A DNA stretch of 64,000 nucleotides from Selaginella moellendorffii (GCF_000143415.4 NW_003314405.1:82282-146281), one strand, 5' to 3'; shown: positions 21,638 through 34,657, counted from the first letter of the stretch. Notes: generated by a model not told the origin, from the letters alone. A program made the numbers and translations.

Positions 21638-23183
21638 ATGGAAGCAGGGGCGATCCTTCGAGCGCCTGGCGTGGATTTGAGCCGCCAGGGAGTCGATAGA
21701 TCCACGGCGGCACTGCCTAACAGAGGTATGCTCGGAAATTTCGATTCTTTGCGCGAGATTTCAAGAAATGCGCGTGGCTGGAGTGTAGGATCTCTCGCGT
21801 TTCCCAGGGCGCGGAGCTGGCGACCGAGCGCTGTGTCGAGCGAGACTACTGGGAATATCGATTCCAGAGCGCAGCCACGGCCGCAATGCTTAGAACACAA
21901 TCGCGATGGTAATGACAAGAAAATCACAAGGGGAGTTTATGCCCAAGAACTGGAAGTGGCTGCTCGAGCTGTGCAGCTGGGTTGTATGCTCGCGCAGCGT
22001 GTCCAGGAGAGAATTCTCCGGAAAGAAGAGAATGCCGGTTCCAAGGACGATAAATCGCTCGTCACAGTCGCAGGTAATCCATTGCGCGAAAAATTCTTCT
22101 CGTTTGAGCTCATTCTCTCTGGCTGTTCTTGCTTGTTCTAGACTGGGGAGTCCAAGCAGTCGTTAGCTGGGTGCTCTCCCAAGCTTTTGGAGAGGAGGTA
22201 TCGATCATAGCCGAGGAAGACACGAAAGGCCTGAAAGGAATGAATGGAATCCAGACGCTCCAGCGGGTCGTAGCAGTGGTGAATGAGTGCCTGTCCCAAG
22301 CCTCGGTGGTCGGTCTCACTCCTCCATCGCGCAAGCTCGGGACGATCGAGGTACTCCGAGCTATCAACAAGGGAAACTCGGAAGTTCGCTCCAGCAGGAG
22401 CTGGGTCTTGGATCCCGTGGATGGAACTCTTGGATTCGTGCGTGGCGATCAGTATGCTATTGCTCTGGGGATGATCGAAGACGGCCGAGTGGTGCTGGGA
22501 GTTCTCGGCTGCCCGAATTATCCGATGAGACCGCAGTGGTTGAACTATCACCAGAAGTACTACCGACTTGCCAGTAAGATCGCACCACCACCACCGGGAA
22601 AATGGCACAAAGGCTGTGTTCTTACCTCTGCGAAAGGAGCTGGACAGGCATGGATGGAGCCCCTGGTTTGGAACTCGGATGGCTCTTTCTTGCTGAATCC
22701 TCCTCGAGTGGTAGCAGTCTCTCCGGTGGATGATCCAGCGCAAGCTACTTTCTGCGAGCCCGTCGAGAAGGCCAACTCAAGCCATTCATTCACGGAAGGA
22801 GTTGCTGACAGCCTTGGCCTGAGGTACGCGAAAGTCTTTCTCTGCGAGCGGCAAAAACTAACTTTTGTCTCCCTGGCAGGAAACGTCCGTTACGGGTCTA
22901 CAGTATGGCGAAGTATGCAGCAATTGCTCGTGGCGACGCGGAGATCTTCATGAAATTCGCAAGAGCGGGTTACAAGGAGAAGATCTGGGATCACGCTGCC
23001 GGAGTGTTGATAGTGGAGGAAGCCGGGGGAGTGGTAACTGACGCTGGCGGTCGGCCTCTAGATTTTTCAAAGGGACGGTATTTAGAAGGGCTGGACAGGG
23101 GGATCATCGTGAGCTGCGGGACGGGCCTGCACAGGAGAATTATCTCAGCAGTGGACGCGAGCTGGAATTCGTCCAAGCTGTGA
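21638..23183 (+). CDS. 3'(2'),5'-bisphosphate nucleotidase, HAL2-like (AHL/SAL family), 3 exons
   Basis: [50 protein letters not shown]; introns at about 22074-22141 and 22824-22879. Confidence 0.92.
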
Positions 23184-23344
23184 CAGACAGGACGGCGGTC
23201 TATGGAAACACGCGTCTTTAGATGATGAAGAAAATGGAAGAACACTTGGCCCAATGAGGAGAAGACACGCTGCCTTCGGAGGTTCGTGACAGATACATAA
23301 GTTGTGTTTGTCCTCGAAGGATCGTCACTGATTTCTGGTTTCCA

Positions 23345-23647
23345 ATGGAGGAGCAGGAAAACCATCAGCAGCAGCAGCAGCAGCAGCAGCCGCGAAGGGG
23401 ATCAAACGCTGTCAAAGCAGCCGTGGTCGAAGAAATTGCTCAAAGCGTAGTCTCGCTCTTCACTGCCGTTCAAGAGCTGGATTCCAAGAGCGAGGAGAGT
23501 GGTGGTAGTGGAGCCGCTAGCTCAAAAAGCCAGGAGGAGGAGAATCGGGCTCCAGGCCGCGAGAGCGAGAGCTCGAGATCAAACTGCCAGGAACAGAATG
23601 GAGCTGCAAAGAGCGATGTTCCTGGAGATCAGCGTGGTGTAAGTTAA
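23345..23647 (+). CDS. Possible small Gln/Glu/Ser-rich protein, 100 aa
   Basis: ATG-initiated ORF with polyQ and one helical stretch, filling the gap between the phosphatase and MED21; no family recognised. Confidence 0.3.
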   Translation: MEEQENHQQQQQQQQPRRGSNAVKAAVVEEIAQSVVSLFTAVQELDSKSEESGGSGAASSKSQEEENRAPGRESESSRSNCQEQNGAAKSDVPGDQRGVS

Positions 23648-23705
23648 TTGTCAGGAGTTTCTGATGTGAATAGGAAAACTCTACTCACCTCCTCGAAAGC
23701 TTTTG

Positions 23706-24401
23706 TCATTGTAACTGCTTGAAACGAAGGCAGTCATCCGCAGCTGTGTGGAAGAGCTCCCTCATTAGTTTGAGCTCTTCTTCTGTGTTTTTCAATCAAA
23801 CACGCAGGAAAAAAAAAACAAAAGACGAGGTTTTGTGTCTAGTTTGTTTAGCTGAGAGAAATATCAATAGTGAACCTGCAAGATCCAGCTCCAGCTGTAG
23901 CTCTTTCCCAATCTCCTCATTTTCTGCCTGCTCAATAGGAGATCTTACTTTGTTTTTGCTATCAATGAAGAAAAAAATAAGAGTACCTGGAGCTCCGCAA
24001 TTCGCTTGAGCTGTGCCTCTTCACCACCTTCGGCTATTGGCAAGGCAGCCACAAGCGCATCAAACTGAGAAAAAGCGCCAGCAAAGAAAAAAAAAAATGA
24101 GCAAGAGCGAAAGAAAAAAGAAGCGAGAAATCCAAACCTGTTTTGCGGCCTGGACGAGAGTCGATGCCATTTCCGGGGCTTGTTCTTGCTGCTGTTGTGG
24201 CTGCTGTGATTGCTGTGCTTGCTGCTGCTGCTGCTGCTGCTGGCCGGGCAGAGGAGGCGCGCCAGGAGCTAGTGCCTGTGGATCCGGGTAGTTTTGCGAG
24301 AGGCGGACCGGCGCTGCATCGCGCTGCAAGGATCCGACGCTGTTGAAGGCGAGGAAGGCGATCTTGTTCACCTGGTCCTGGAGTTGCGTGATGATGTCCA
24401 T
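23706..24401 (-). CDS. MED21: Mediator subunit 21 (4 exons)
   Basis: MDIITQLQDQVNKIAFLAFNSVGSLQRDAAPVRLS...LVQAAKQ / FDALVAALPIAEGGEEAQLKRIAELQ / AENEEIGKELQ / EEELKLMRELF; polyQ insert. Confidence 0.93.
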
Positions 24402-24729
24402 GACCATGAGCCCTAACACTCAAGAACCCTAAAAGGTCTCATATTATTATCACCTTTAAGAACACAAGCTAATTATAATTAGGGATTGTGGAAAAGGGAT
24501 AAAGGTGGCCATTTTCTGCATGCCACTTCTATAAAGATGGAATCTTGGAAAGGAGTATACAAAGTAAGAATCATTTCTTTTCTCATCCACATTGCACCTA
24601 ATGGATGTCATACAAATGCACACAAATGGATGTCATACAAAATCTAGCACTTTCATATTGCACCTTTTCTTTCAAGAGTGACAGCTTTCCCACAATCTTA
24701 GGTGTAACAAAGAGTAAGAGCATACATTG

Positions 24730-25700
24730 ACTAGGGTTTGAGTGAGAGCTCTTTGTGTGTAGGTAACCATGTGTCTTATTCTTTTGTGTGTTATCTAGGC
24801 ACAACATAGGCACTTGAAGAGCAAGAGTAAGCATTGATCAAGTCATTGCACACCACAGTATAACTCTTGTTCTTTTGTGTTTTGGTGTGTTGTGCTATCC
24901 TTGTATGACATGGGCATATTTTGAGTTGACTTACATCAGATTGTTGGTTGGGCTTTTTATTTCTTACTCAGATACATTGAAGTAAGTAGAGTTATTATAT
25001 TATAATGCCTTCATGTGAGGAAGTGCAATGCAAGGAGATGAAGGATATGCCTTCATATGAAGAAGTGTAATGCAAAGAAATGAAGGAAGAGTCTTCATGT
25101 AAAATGGTAAATGAAAAGCTTTAAATGTAATAAAAGATCACCAATGAAAAAGTTCCACATGAAATGGTGGAAGCTCCAACCACATGATATAATATGGAGG
25201 CTCTAATAGTAGAGGTGGAAGCCAAATCAGACTGATGGACACAAGCTTGAGCAATATATGGCAACACATAAAAATGGGGATGCATGTTTGTTTGTCTACA
25301 TCCATATGAGAGTTGTGGCTTCTTCTCGTGGGCCATATAACCTCGTGACATCACATACATCATACAACCTAGGGTGGAAGCTTGTATTTTTGTGTTGATT
25401 ATGACTTATTTGCATGGAGAGATACTCTTCACTAGTGAAAACCTTGTTTATATTTCTAATGTTAATATATAAATCATAGTTTTACCCCTTAAAGGCATTT
25501 GTTGTTACTTGCTAATAGCACTATAAGTGGATGGCAAAACACAAGAAAAAAAAACCTTGGCTAACAATCTGATGTAGGGCTCTGATTGCAAATCCATACT
25601 AAATGCAATAAAAACGCCCATATAGCACAGGAATAGCACAACACACGCTTAAAACAACAGCCATGCCACCTACTTGCAAAGAGATCTCACTCATGGATTT
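24730..25700. repeat. Degenerate inverted-repeat (MITE/foldback-like) element with internal ~42-bp tandem repeats
   Basis: Blocks in 24738-24950 are reverse complements of blocks in 25560-25695 (aacaatctgatgta; atagcacaacacac; caaagag.tctcactca). Unit gccttcat.tga.gaagtg.aatgcaa.ga.atgaagga is repeated at about 25007-25100. Confidence 0.55.
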
Positions 25701-26317
25701 TTGTTCACAACAAAATCTAACAAAGGGAATCTTGTCAAGATTTATTTTCTTTATTATAATTCAATTATAAACCACACATTTATACAGTCTAAACCTGAGA
25801 TGATGATGATGATGATGTGGCATCAAAGTGGCAAGATGAACATGCATGCTCATACATAAAAAAAATATTCTCAAATGATTTCATAAGTTTACACACACCC
25901 GTGCCTTTTACAGAAATCTTTTTCATACTTTTACCTGAAAAGACATGTGTTTCACCAATCCTGCTGTACCTGTACCTGGTGCCATATGGTGTTAACTGCT
26001 AACAACAAATTAATTGCCATAGATCACCCAAATATATCATCCAATATACACCATAAACTCAAGAACTAAGGCAAATGAGAAACTCTCTAGATTGCAATTG
26101 ATTATGGTAATATGAGCAAACTCTCTATTAGCCGATCCAACAGAGCTACTATTCACATCGCCCAACTATTTGATCATGTCCTCATCCTGCACTTGTTTTC
26201 CCTCAAATACCCAGCATGTAAGGTTCTCAAATAAAGTGAATATATTGCATGAAGGACACCCTCACACCCACAGACACTCACACATTCACTCGTACAAGCA
26301 ATTGGAGGCACCAAAGA

Positions 26318-27874
26318 ATGTCCCAAGTTCACATCCTGGCGATGCCATTTCCAGGACAAGGCCACATCTCTCCAATGCTCAATCTCGTCAAACACTTGAT
26401 CTCGCGCTCCACAAGCGTTGTGGTGACCATTGTCAACATTGATAGCATCCACCGCAAGCTCCACGCAGCAACACAAACTTCTCCATCTCCATCTCCATCC
26501 TTCGATCAACTTCGCTTCGTTTCCATCCCCTTCCACTGGTCCATCCCGCACGGCTTCGATGCGTACTGCATGCAAAACATGGTGTCCTTCATGGAGGCCG
26601 CCGAGAGCATGAACGTCGAACTCGAAAAGCTCCTCCGCGAGCTCCACCCCAGCTCCAACTTTTGCTGCCTCATCTCCGACTACTTCCTCCCCTGGACGCA
26701 GCGAGTCGCCGACAAGTTTGGAATCCCCAGAGTGGCGCTCTGGTGTGGCTGCGCTGCCTGGTCCTCGCTCGAGTTCCACATCCAAGACATGGTCTCCAGG
26801 AACCACGTTCCAGGTGATCGATCACTCGTGATTCATTCTCCGGAACTTCTAAGCTTTTTCTCGTCCTGTTTCCCTGCAGTCTTGGAGCTCGACCAAGCCT
26901 CCTTCCTCGTCGACTATATCCCCGGCCTCCCTCCACTTCACCCGGCTGACATTCCCACGTATCTCCACACGGCCAGCGAGCGATGGATCCAGATGATTGT
27001 CGAGAGAGCCCCGTTGATACGTCAAGCTGCCTGGGTCCTCGTCGACTCTTTCAGCGAGCTCGAGCCTCAGGTCTTTGAGGCGATGCAGCAGCGTCTCGGC
27101 CACAAGTTCGTGTCGGTCGGACCGCTCTCCCTGCTCCACAGCTCTAGCTCCACCATAGCTTTGCGACCGGCAGACGAGCAGTGCCTCGAGTGGCTGGACG
27201 GCCAGGCTCCAGCTTCCGTAGTGTACATTTCTTTCGGAAGTAATGCCGTACTGTCCGTGGATCAGTTTGAGGAGCTCGCCGAGGCGTTGGAAGCCATGAA
27301 GCAGCCGTTCCTGTGGGTGATCCGTCCGGAGCTCGTCACGGCCGCTCGTCCGGATGTTCTTCCACGATTGGACGAGAGCGACGTCGAGCAGAGGAAAGCA
27401 GCGTTCCTGGAGAGAACCAGAAACTTCGGCTTCGTCACTGCCTGGTCGCCGCAGCTCAAAGTTCTCTCGCATGCTGCCGTAGGATGCTTCGTCACCCACT
27501 GCGGTTGGAACTCCATCCAGGAGAGCATAGCCAGTGGCGTTCCAATGGTCGGATGGCCTTGGGCTGCCGAGCAGAACTTAAACTGCAAGCTCATGGCCGA
27601 GGACTGGAAGCTCGGTCTCCGTTTTCGTCAAGTCACCGACACCGACACCGACACCACCGCTGCTGTTAATGCCGCCAAGAGAGGCGGCGTGATAAAATCT
27701 GTCCAGATCCAGAAGATCATACGGGAGATCGTGGAAGATCACGAAGTTGCAGCCGAGCTTCGGGCAAAAGCCAAGCAAATGAAAGACGTCGCCAGAGCTG
27801 CTGTCGCGAACGGTGGCTCGTCCTTCCAGAACTTATCTCGTTTCTGTGAAGAACTCGCGGCCACGTCGTTCTGA
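26318..27874 (+). CDS. Family-1 UDP-glycosyltransferase
   Basis: HILAMPFPGQGHISPM; PSPG box WSPQLKVLSHAAVGCFVTHCGWNSIQESIASGVPMVGWPWAAEQ; probable 66-nt in-frame intron at 26814-26879. Confidence 0.95.
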   Translation: MSQVHILAMPFPGQGHISPMLNLVKHLISRSTSVVVTIVNIDSIHRKLHAATQTSPSPSPSFDQLRFVSIPFHWSIPHGFDAYCMQNMVSFMEAAESMNVELEKLLRELHPSSNFCCLISDYFLPWTQRVADKFGIPRVALWCGCAAWSSLEFHIQDMVSRNHVPGDRSLVIHSPELLSFFSSCFPAVLELDQASFLVDYIPGLPPLHPADIPTYLHTASERWIQMIVERAPLIRQAAWVLVDSFSELEPQVFEAMQQRLGHKFVSVGPLSLLHSSSSTIALRPADEQCLEWLDGQAPASVVYISFGSNAVLSVDQFEELAEALEAMKQPFLWVIRPELVTAARPDVLPRLDESDVEQRKAAFLERTRNFGFVTAWSPQLKVLSHAAVGCFVTHCGWNSIQESIASGVPMVGWPWAAEQNLNCKLMAEDWKLGLRFRQVTDTDTDTTAAVNAAKRGGVIKSVQIQKIIREIVEDHEVAAELRAKAKQMKDVARAAVANGGSSFQNLSRFCEELAATSF

Positions 27875-27917
27875 ATCAAATGTCAACTCTAAGATGTTGT
27901 CCTAGCACTTTTTCTGC

Positions 27918-29753
27918 CTATAGCTGCTGTAACTCTTCCTCCTCCTGGTCGCTGTCTCTCCAGATGCTTGATAGCAACACATAAGGTGAGGAAGGCCCGA
28001 CCGGATCCCCGCCTTCCATGACTTTTCTTGCGATTCGAGCTCCTCCTCTGAGACTTCCCTGTGTCTTGCATCCATGAAGCAAGCTCGCCAGCTCCAAGCC
28101 ACTGGCTTCAAACGGCATGCTGCTCATCAATTCTTCTGCGTCGGTCAGCCTCCCTGCTCGGCCCAGAAGATTGATCAGACACCGAAAGTGACCTGCCACC
28201 GGAGCCATGAAAAAATCCCCGGTGATAGAGACAAAGCACTGCCTTGCGTACCCGAGCAATCCAGAGTGGCTGCAAGCCGACAGAACGCTCATGAAGGTGA
28301 GTTCGGACGGACTTGTTCCATCTAGCTTCATATCCTGGAACAGAACCAAGGCCTCCTCAGGGACTCCATTTTGAGCGTACGCTGTTATCAAAGCGTTCCA
28401 CGTGATGCTGTCCCGGAGGCCCATGCTGTCGAAAACTTTCCTGGAATCCTCAAGGGCCCCGCACTGTCCATACATGTGGATCAAAGCGTTGTCAAGCTCG
28501 AGTACCAATGGAGCCTTGAAGTTCACGCGGATGCCCTCGTGAAGCAGCCTTCCCTGTCTCAGCGCCGGGATGCAAGCGCACGCATCCACCATGCTGACGA
28601 AAGTAACTTCGTTCGGTAGCAGGCCCTCCAGATCCATGTAAATCCCCAGCTCGAGAGCTTCTTTCCCACAGTCGTTCTGAGCATAAGCAGCAACCATGGC
28701 CGACCATGTCACCACGTTCTTGTGAGGAATGCTGTCGAAAATCTGCTTTGCATCGTTAACGCTGCCACACTTTCCATACATGTTGACGAGCGCGCTTGCC
28801 ACCTTAACATCGTTGTGGCATCCTGATGCGACTGCTTTGGAGTGGATATATCTCCCGTCTTCCAGAGCGGAAGAGCTCGCACATACCTCCAAAATGCTGG
28901 TAAACGTCACGGGGCCGGGCCCAACTCCTTCCAGATCCATGAAGCGAAACACCAGCAGAGCTTGCTTACGGGATCCATTCTGAGCGTATGCTGCAACCAT
29001 GGCATTCCAGGAGATCAGGTTCTTCTCGAAAATCTCGCAAAAGGCTATCCGAGCACTTACCAGGCAGTGGCATCTGCCATACATGGTGACCAGCGCTGTT
29101 CCAACTTTCACGTCGTCTTCAAGGATCGTCCCTGAAACTGCCTGATGAATCACCCGACCGTGTGCGAGTTCAGTACAAGCATCCAACGTACTCAGAACTG
29201 CAATGCCATCGACCTGGACACCCTCCAAGTCCATCGCTTTAAACACGTCCAGAGCTTCACCGTTGCAACCATTGCTGGCATAGGCAGCCACCATCGTGGT
29301 CCAGGAAACCAGATCTCTCTGCGGCATTTTGTCGAACAGCTCCCTTGCCTGTAGAACATACCCATTGTGGGCAAACGCCGCGAACATTATCGTCCACGTG
29401 AAGAGATTCTTCCGCTCGATGCTCTCGAAAGCCGCGACAGCATCATCCAAGCTCTGGCACTTGCCATACATTTGCACCAGCAAGTTTCCCAAAAACCTGT
29501 CCCCGCGGAAAGTCTTTCGGGAAATGAGAGCGTGGACCTTTTTCCCCTGTTCCAAGGCCCTGTTGTCACCACACTGCCGTAGAAAGCTAGCGTAAGTGTC
29601 GTAGGAGCAGCTTCTGCCGGATCTGTCGAGCTCGTCGACAGCGCTGCTTACTTGACGATCGTCCAGGCAAACGTGCTTGTCATCCTTACTCAAGCTCAAA
29701 AGAGCAGCGGCTTGCCCGGGTCTACATCTTTCCCTTCTTAAAGCATGGATCAT
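27918..29753 (-). CDS. PLS-class PPR protein with E domain, no DYW (organellar RNA editing factor type)
   Basis: Repeated ALV.MYG.CG...DA...FD and SWNAM.AAYAQNG motifs; terminal HFRCLINLLGRAGRL...PYVLLSSIW. Confidence 0.92.
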   Translation of the reverse strand: MIHALRRERCRPGQAAALLSLSKDDKHVCLDDRQVSSAVDELDRSGRSCSYDTYASFLRQCGDNRALEQGKKVHALISRKTFRGDRFLGNLLVQMYGKCQSLDDAVAAFESIERKNLFTWTIMFAAFAHNGYVLQARELFDKMPQRDLVSWTTMVAAYASNGCNGEALDVFKAMDLEGVQVDGIAVLSTLDACTELAHGRVIHQAVSGTILEDDVKVGTALVTMYGRCHCLVSARIAFCEIFEKNLISWNAMVAAYAQNGSRKQALLVFRFMDLEGVGPGPVTFTSILEVCASSSALEDGRYIHSKAVASGCHNDVKVASALVNMYGKCGSVNDAKQIFDSIPHKNVVTWSAMVAAYAQNDCGKEALELGIYMDLEGLLPNEVTFVSMVDACACIPALRQGRLLHEGIRVNFKAPLVLELDNALIHMYGQCGALEDSRKVFDSMGLRDSITWNALITAYAQNGVPEEALVLFQDMKLDGTSPSELTFMSVLSACSHSGLLGYARQCFVSITGDFFMAPVAGHFRCLINLLGRAGRLTDAEELMSSMPFEASGLELASLLHGCKTQGSLRGGARIARKVMEGGDPVGPSSPYVLLSSIWRDSDQEEEELQQL

Positions 29754-29894
29754 ATGGACACGTTTACCACTTAGCCAAGCGAACTTAAGATATCGAGAGG
29801 AGACTTACTTGTTTCGCTGTCAATTTTGAGCAAGCTGTCAAAGGACGATTAGCTTTTTCTTTGCAGAAAGCAAACGAAAAATACTCACCAGTTT

Positions 29895-31247
29895 CTAGCC
29901 GAGATCCACCGGAGCGGGCTCGCTGCCACAGCTATAGACCTGCCTTATATCGTGCAGTAAGTGATGCTTCCTCCTCCTCAAGAGCGAATTTCTCAATGTT
30001 GGATTCGCCACCTCGCTTGCAATGGCTGGATCCCCGGTCACGAACACAATCTCCTTGAAATATCTATCCACGATGAAGCAGTAGTCGAGGTCCGGCCAGC
30101 CAGCCCTGGACAGCGCTGGATACTCGTTATCAAACTCCGGACATGACTCCGGCCAAGGGAGTACCTTCCAGCCCCTGGAATTCACCACAACCACGTCCTC
30201 CTTCCTGGCCTTCAATCCCTTTCTCCTCGGAACCATCCAGTCTCTCACGTAGAGCTTCCCACCTTCGAGGCACTTCCTCGTCCATTTTCCCAGCTCGCTC
30301 TCCGGATCGTCAAACTCGTTGTTGAGATTCATGTAAGCTCGAAAGTCACAGCAGTAGACAAGCCTCCTCTCGTCCGGCTTGTGGAGCTTAAACCACGCAT
30401 GTTTCCTGTCCCAGGGACGTTCTTCCGCGTCGGGTAGACTCTCCCAGAATTTCTTCTCCACGGGAAACTCGTCACACCAATCTGGAATGCTGTGAGGCAG
30501 TTTCTCGATCGCGACCTCGAAGCTGGGCTGGAAGAGCATCACATCCTTCCTCAAATCCATCCCAAAGTGCTCGTTGATCGACATCTCTGCCGGCTTCCCC
30601 TCACACTCGTAAACCTGTCGTAGCTGTGGAAGATCAAAGACTCTCTCGTTGGAGAAGCAACTCTCCTCGAAATATTTGAGGAGCCTCATCCAGATCTCGG
30701 GCAAGACCACAGCCTCTCGGATCAAAACCCGCGATCCCGTCACGAACAGGCCTTGCCGCTCCACGAAATCTTCTTTCATGCCACGCGCTTGGATCAAATC
30801 CGCCAGCCCGACGTCCAGCTCCTCTGGAGTGCTCTCGAATCCCAGATATTTCCTGGTCACGCGACGTACCTCGTACTGCGATGGACGCACCGAGCACGGC
30901 AGCCAGCCCTGTTCTTGATCCATTTCCTCGGCCGTGGTGTAGATCCTGCCCTGTTCTAGCCGCTCCTCCACCCAGCGGAAGAGCGGATGCCTCTCGGATG
31001 GGATTTCCTGGAACTTCTTGTACGCTGCGGTGTCCCAGACGTAGAAGAACTGTGATTCCGGCCGTGGACGCTGCGCCGCCTCAACCCTGGCCTCGATCAG
31101 CGTGCGATGCAAATGCACGAGCAATTCCTCGTCCGTGACCTCCACCGGGAATGATGTGCGCACGACACCGTAGTAATCGAATGGATCGAGCGACCTGTTC
31201 CACTTCGCGAGATTGCGGAGCTTGGCAAGAGCGCGCTTTGGGCTCAT
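29895..31247 (-). CDS. Orphan intronless protein (~450 aa) with an internally duplicated motif
   Basis: Long ORF with coding-like composition; first ATG at 31247 (MSPKRALAKL); no family recognised. Confidence 0.7.
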   Translation of the reverse strand: MSPKRALAKLRNLAKWNRSLDPFDYYGVVRTSFPVEVTDEELLVHLHRTLIEARVEAAQRPRPESQFFYVWDTAAYKKFQEIPSERHPLFRWVEERLEQGRIYTTAEEMDQEQGWLPCSVRPSQYEVRRVTRKYLGFESTPEELDVGLADLIQARGMKEDFVERQGLFVTGSRVLIREAVVLPEIWMRLLKYFEESCFSNERVFDLPQLRQVYECEGKPAEMSINEHFGMDLRKDVMLFQPSFEVAIEKLPHSIPDWCDEFPVEKKFWESLPDAEERPWDRKHAWFKLHKPDERRLVYCCDFRAYMNLNNEFDDPESELGKWTRKCLEGGKLYVRDWMVPRRKGLKARKEDVVVVNSRGWKVLPWPESCPEFDNEYPALSRAGWPDLDYCFIVDRYFKEIVFVTGDPAIASEVANPTLRNSLLRRRKHHLLHDIRQVYSCGSEPAPVDLG

Positions 31248-31435
31248 CAAGAACCCTAAACCCCCAACGGAATATCTGAGATTCAACGGTCACGATTGAT
31301 TGTATCCTGGGCGCCTGTTCAACGGCCATGATTGTTCTTCTCGAGTATAAAGCAAAGGATAGGGCAAGGGTTTGCCACAATTTGTGGGCGGTGGTTGCGT
31401 TTCTTGGTGAGTGGCTATGGCTATGGCGGTGATGA

Positions 31436-32713
<1,278 letters not shown>

Positions 32714-33044
32714 ACACTCTCTCCCATGTCATTTCAAATAACCTCTCTTCCATTCTAATAAAAACCTCACCGCTTTCTCTCATCTGTTTGATTTATAATG
32801 ATCTTCACCCGTCAATTTGTATCTAGCATTATTACCTAGTTAATAATTTGCTGCGTAACGCTTTGTTTGCTTAAATTATGAATTTAATTAATCAAATAAA
32901 AATATATAATTATAAATATGTATATAATTTAGATGGTAGAATAATTAGAATATACTAGGAGGTTATAAATTATAGACATATTTACAAATTATAAATATAA
33001 AATTATTCACTTAAAAGTTAAAATTTTTAAATGTTAAACCTATT

Positions 33045-33795
33045 GAGCACTCTGCAGTGTTGAAAAGCGACCAAGAGTGCAGTGTCTCTGGGAAAATGCG
33101 AGTAAAAATCACTACCTTCCTCCACCTATGATTCCAAGGTGTTTGTGCTCATGCTTTCCAGTTAAATCTAGACAGAGAGAAAAACACAGTCGGCTATGGA
33201 GTTCCTGTGACCATAGTGAAGCTGCAATTGCAAGGTACCTCGAACGTAGTGGAAAATCCGCTTCACAGCTTGGCAATGTGCAAGTCCGGGGTGCTCGAGG
33301 AACTGGGAGACCATCCCAACAGCATAGGCGAGATCTGGTCACGTTCCCAGCATCAAATAAACAATACTCCCCACAGCTTGACGATATGGCACCGTGGCCA
33401 TGTACTCTCGTTCTTCCTCTGTGACAGGGGCCATGTCACGGCTGAGTTTGTGATTGACCTCAAGAGGTGTGGCCACGGGAGAGCAGTCCAGCATATTGAA
33501 GCGTTCCAAGATCTCCCTTGCATAGTGAGCTTGTGTCAAGCTCAAGGTGCGTGCTCCTCGATTGCGTATAATTTGGATGCCAAGGAAATGGCGAAGCTCG
33601 CCCAGGTCAGACATCTCAAATTCTTCACTCAGCTTCTTTTTCATCTCGTCCAGCAGGTGGCGGGTTTTTGCACCGAGAATGCAGTCGTCAACGTACAATG
33701 CTACCAGGAGAAAATCGTCACCACACTTGTACAGGTACACGTTTCCTTCCAAAGGCTTGCGCTTGAGAGAATAAAGGCGATATCCTTTCATGCCT
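33045..33795 (-). mobile_element. Ty1/Copia relic (post-integrase KGYRLY motif joined to RT), deleted
   Basis: LYVDDCILG, FEMSDLGELRHFLGIQI, PYRQAVGSIVYL, followed by frameshifts. Confidence 0.88.
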
Positions 33796-33799
33796 TCCA

Positions 33800-34483
33800 A
33801 ATATCCCAGGAATTCAATGCTGAATAAATAGAGAGCAATAAAAAAACATAAAACATACCTCTCAAAGTAGCAGTGTAATATACATGGTATCCTGGAATCT
33901 CCTTAGCTTTGTGAGCCTTCATCATCTTCTCATCCACCAAACATCTATGGTGGGTAGAGCAAAAGCAGCCGTCCTTGTGGTAAACCACACCAGCCAAGGG
34001 GTGGTGTATTCTTTCATCTGCAAAATGCTGCACTGCTGTCCTAACTGCCATACCTTTGTATGGCCGGATGCCATTTGGAAAAAATTCGGCGAGAAAAGCC
34101 ATTGCTTCGAGCACGTGAACATTGTTCTCTTGGGATCTGTGGTCTATATACCACTCCTTGTATCAATCGTCAAAATTGAAAGCCTTTACTATAGTAGCTG
34201 TAAGCAGCTGTGAGAGACGAAAAATGAACTGGCGGCACATTGCAACCAACAAGTGAAGTGCACAATACTGGTTGCAATATGCGGCCAGTTCGTACCACAA
34301 GGCTTCTGAATCAAGAGCAGTAAGTGATGAAGGTACGCCTATCTTGGGGACGGAGATGCTTGATATCTCCATCTTCAACCCTGGGCGTATGCTTCTCGGA
34401 TTGCGTAAGTCCAAGTTAAGAGTTTTTAGGGCAAAGTGTTTTTTAGGGTTAGGGCTCATGTCGGCGTGAGAGTGTAAAGCCAT
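33800..34483 (-). pseudogene. Frameshifted gene of unknown family, head-to-head with the kelch-like gene
   Basis: ORF pieces 34163-34483 and 33788-34114. An alternative frame (PRVEDGDIKHLRPQDRRTFITYCS) matches ORF 38877-39107. Confidence 0.45.
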
Positions 34484-34657
34484 AGATCCAGATGAACCCT
34501 AGATAATTAGGTTGGGGTCTTTAGGGATTTCAGGGCCATGGGTCGTCTCGTTGCATCTTTCTGGGCGCCAGGGAAGGGTGGTGATGATGGTGAGTCGGAG
34601 ATTGTCTCTGATCCAGGGCTGGAGCTGTTTCCATCGGCTAAAGGTTCAGCGGTTAAA
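34313..34657. repeat. Direct repeat copy A (partner at about 38966-39288)
   Basis: Shared blocks aagagcagtaagt.atgaaggta.g.ctatcttggggac, ataattaggttggggtctttagggatttcagg and gagattgtctctgatccagggctggagctgtttccatc. Confidence 0.9.

Noticed and set aside
24600-25100. CRISPR-like array
   Set aside because: Only 2-3 adjacent degenerate repeats with no unique spacers, in a eukaryotic context with no cas genes.
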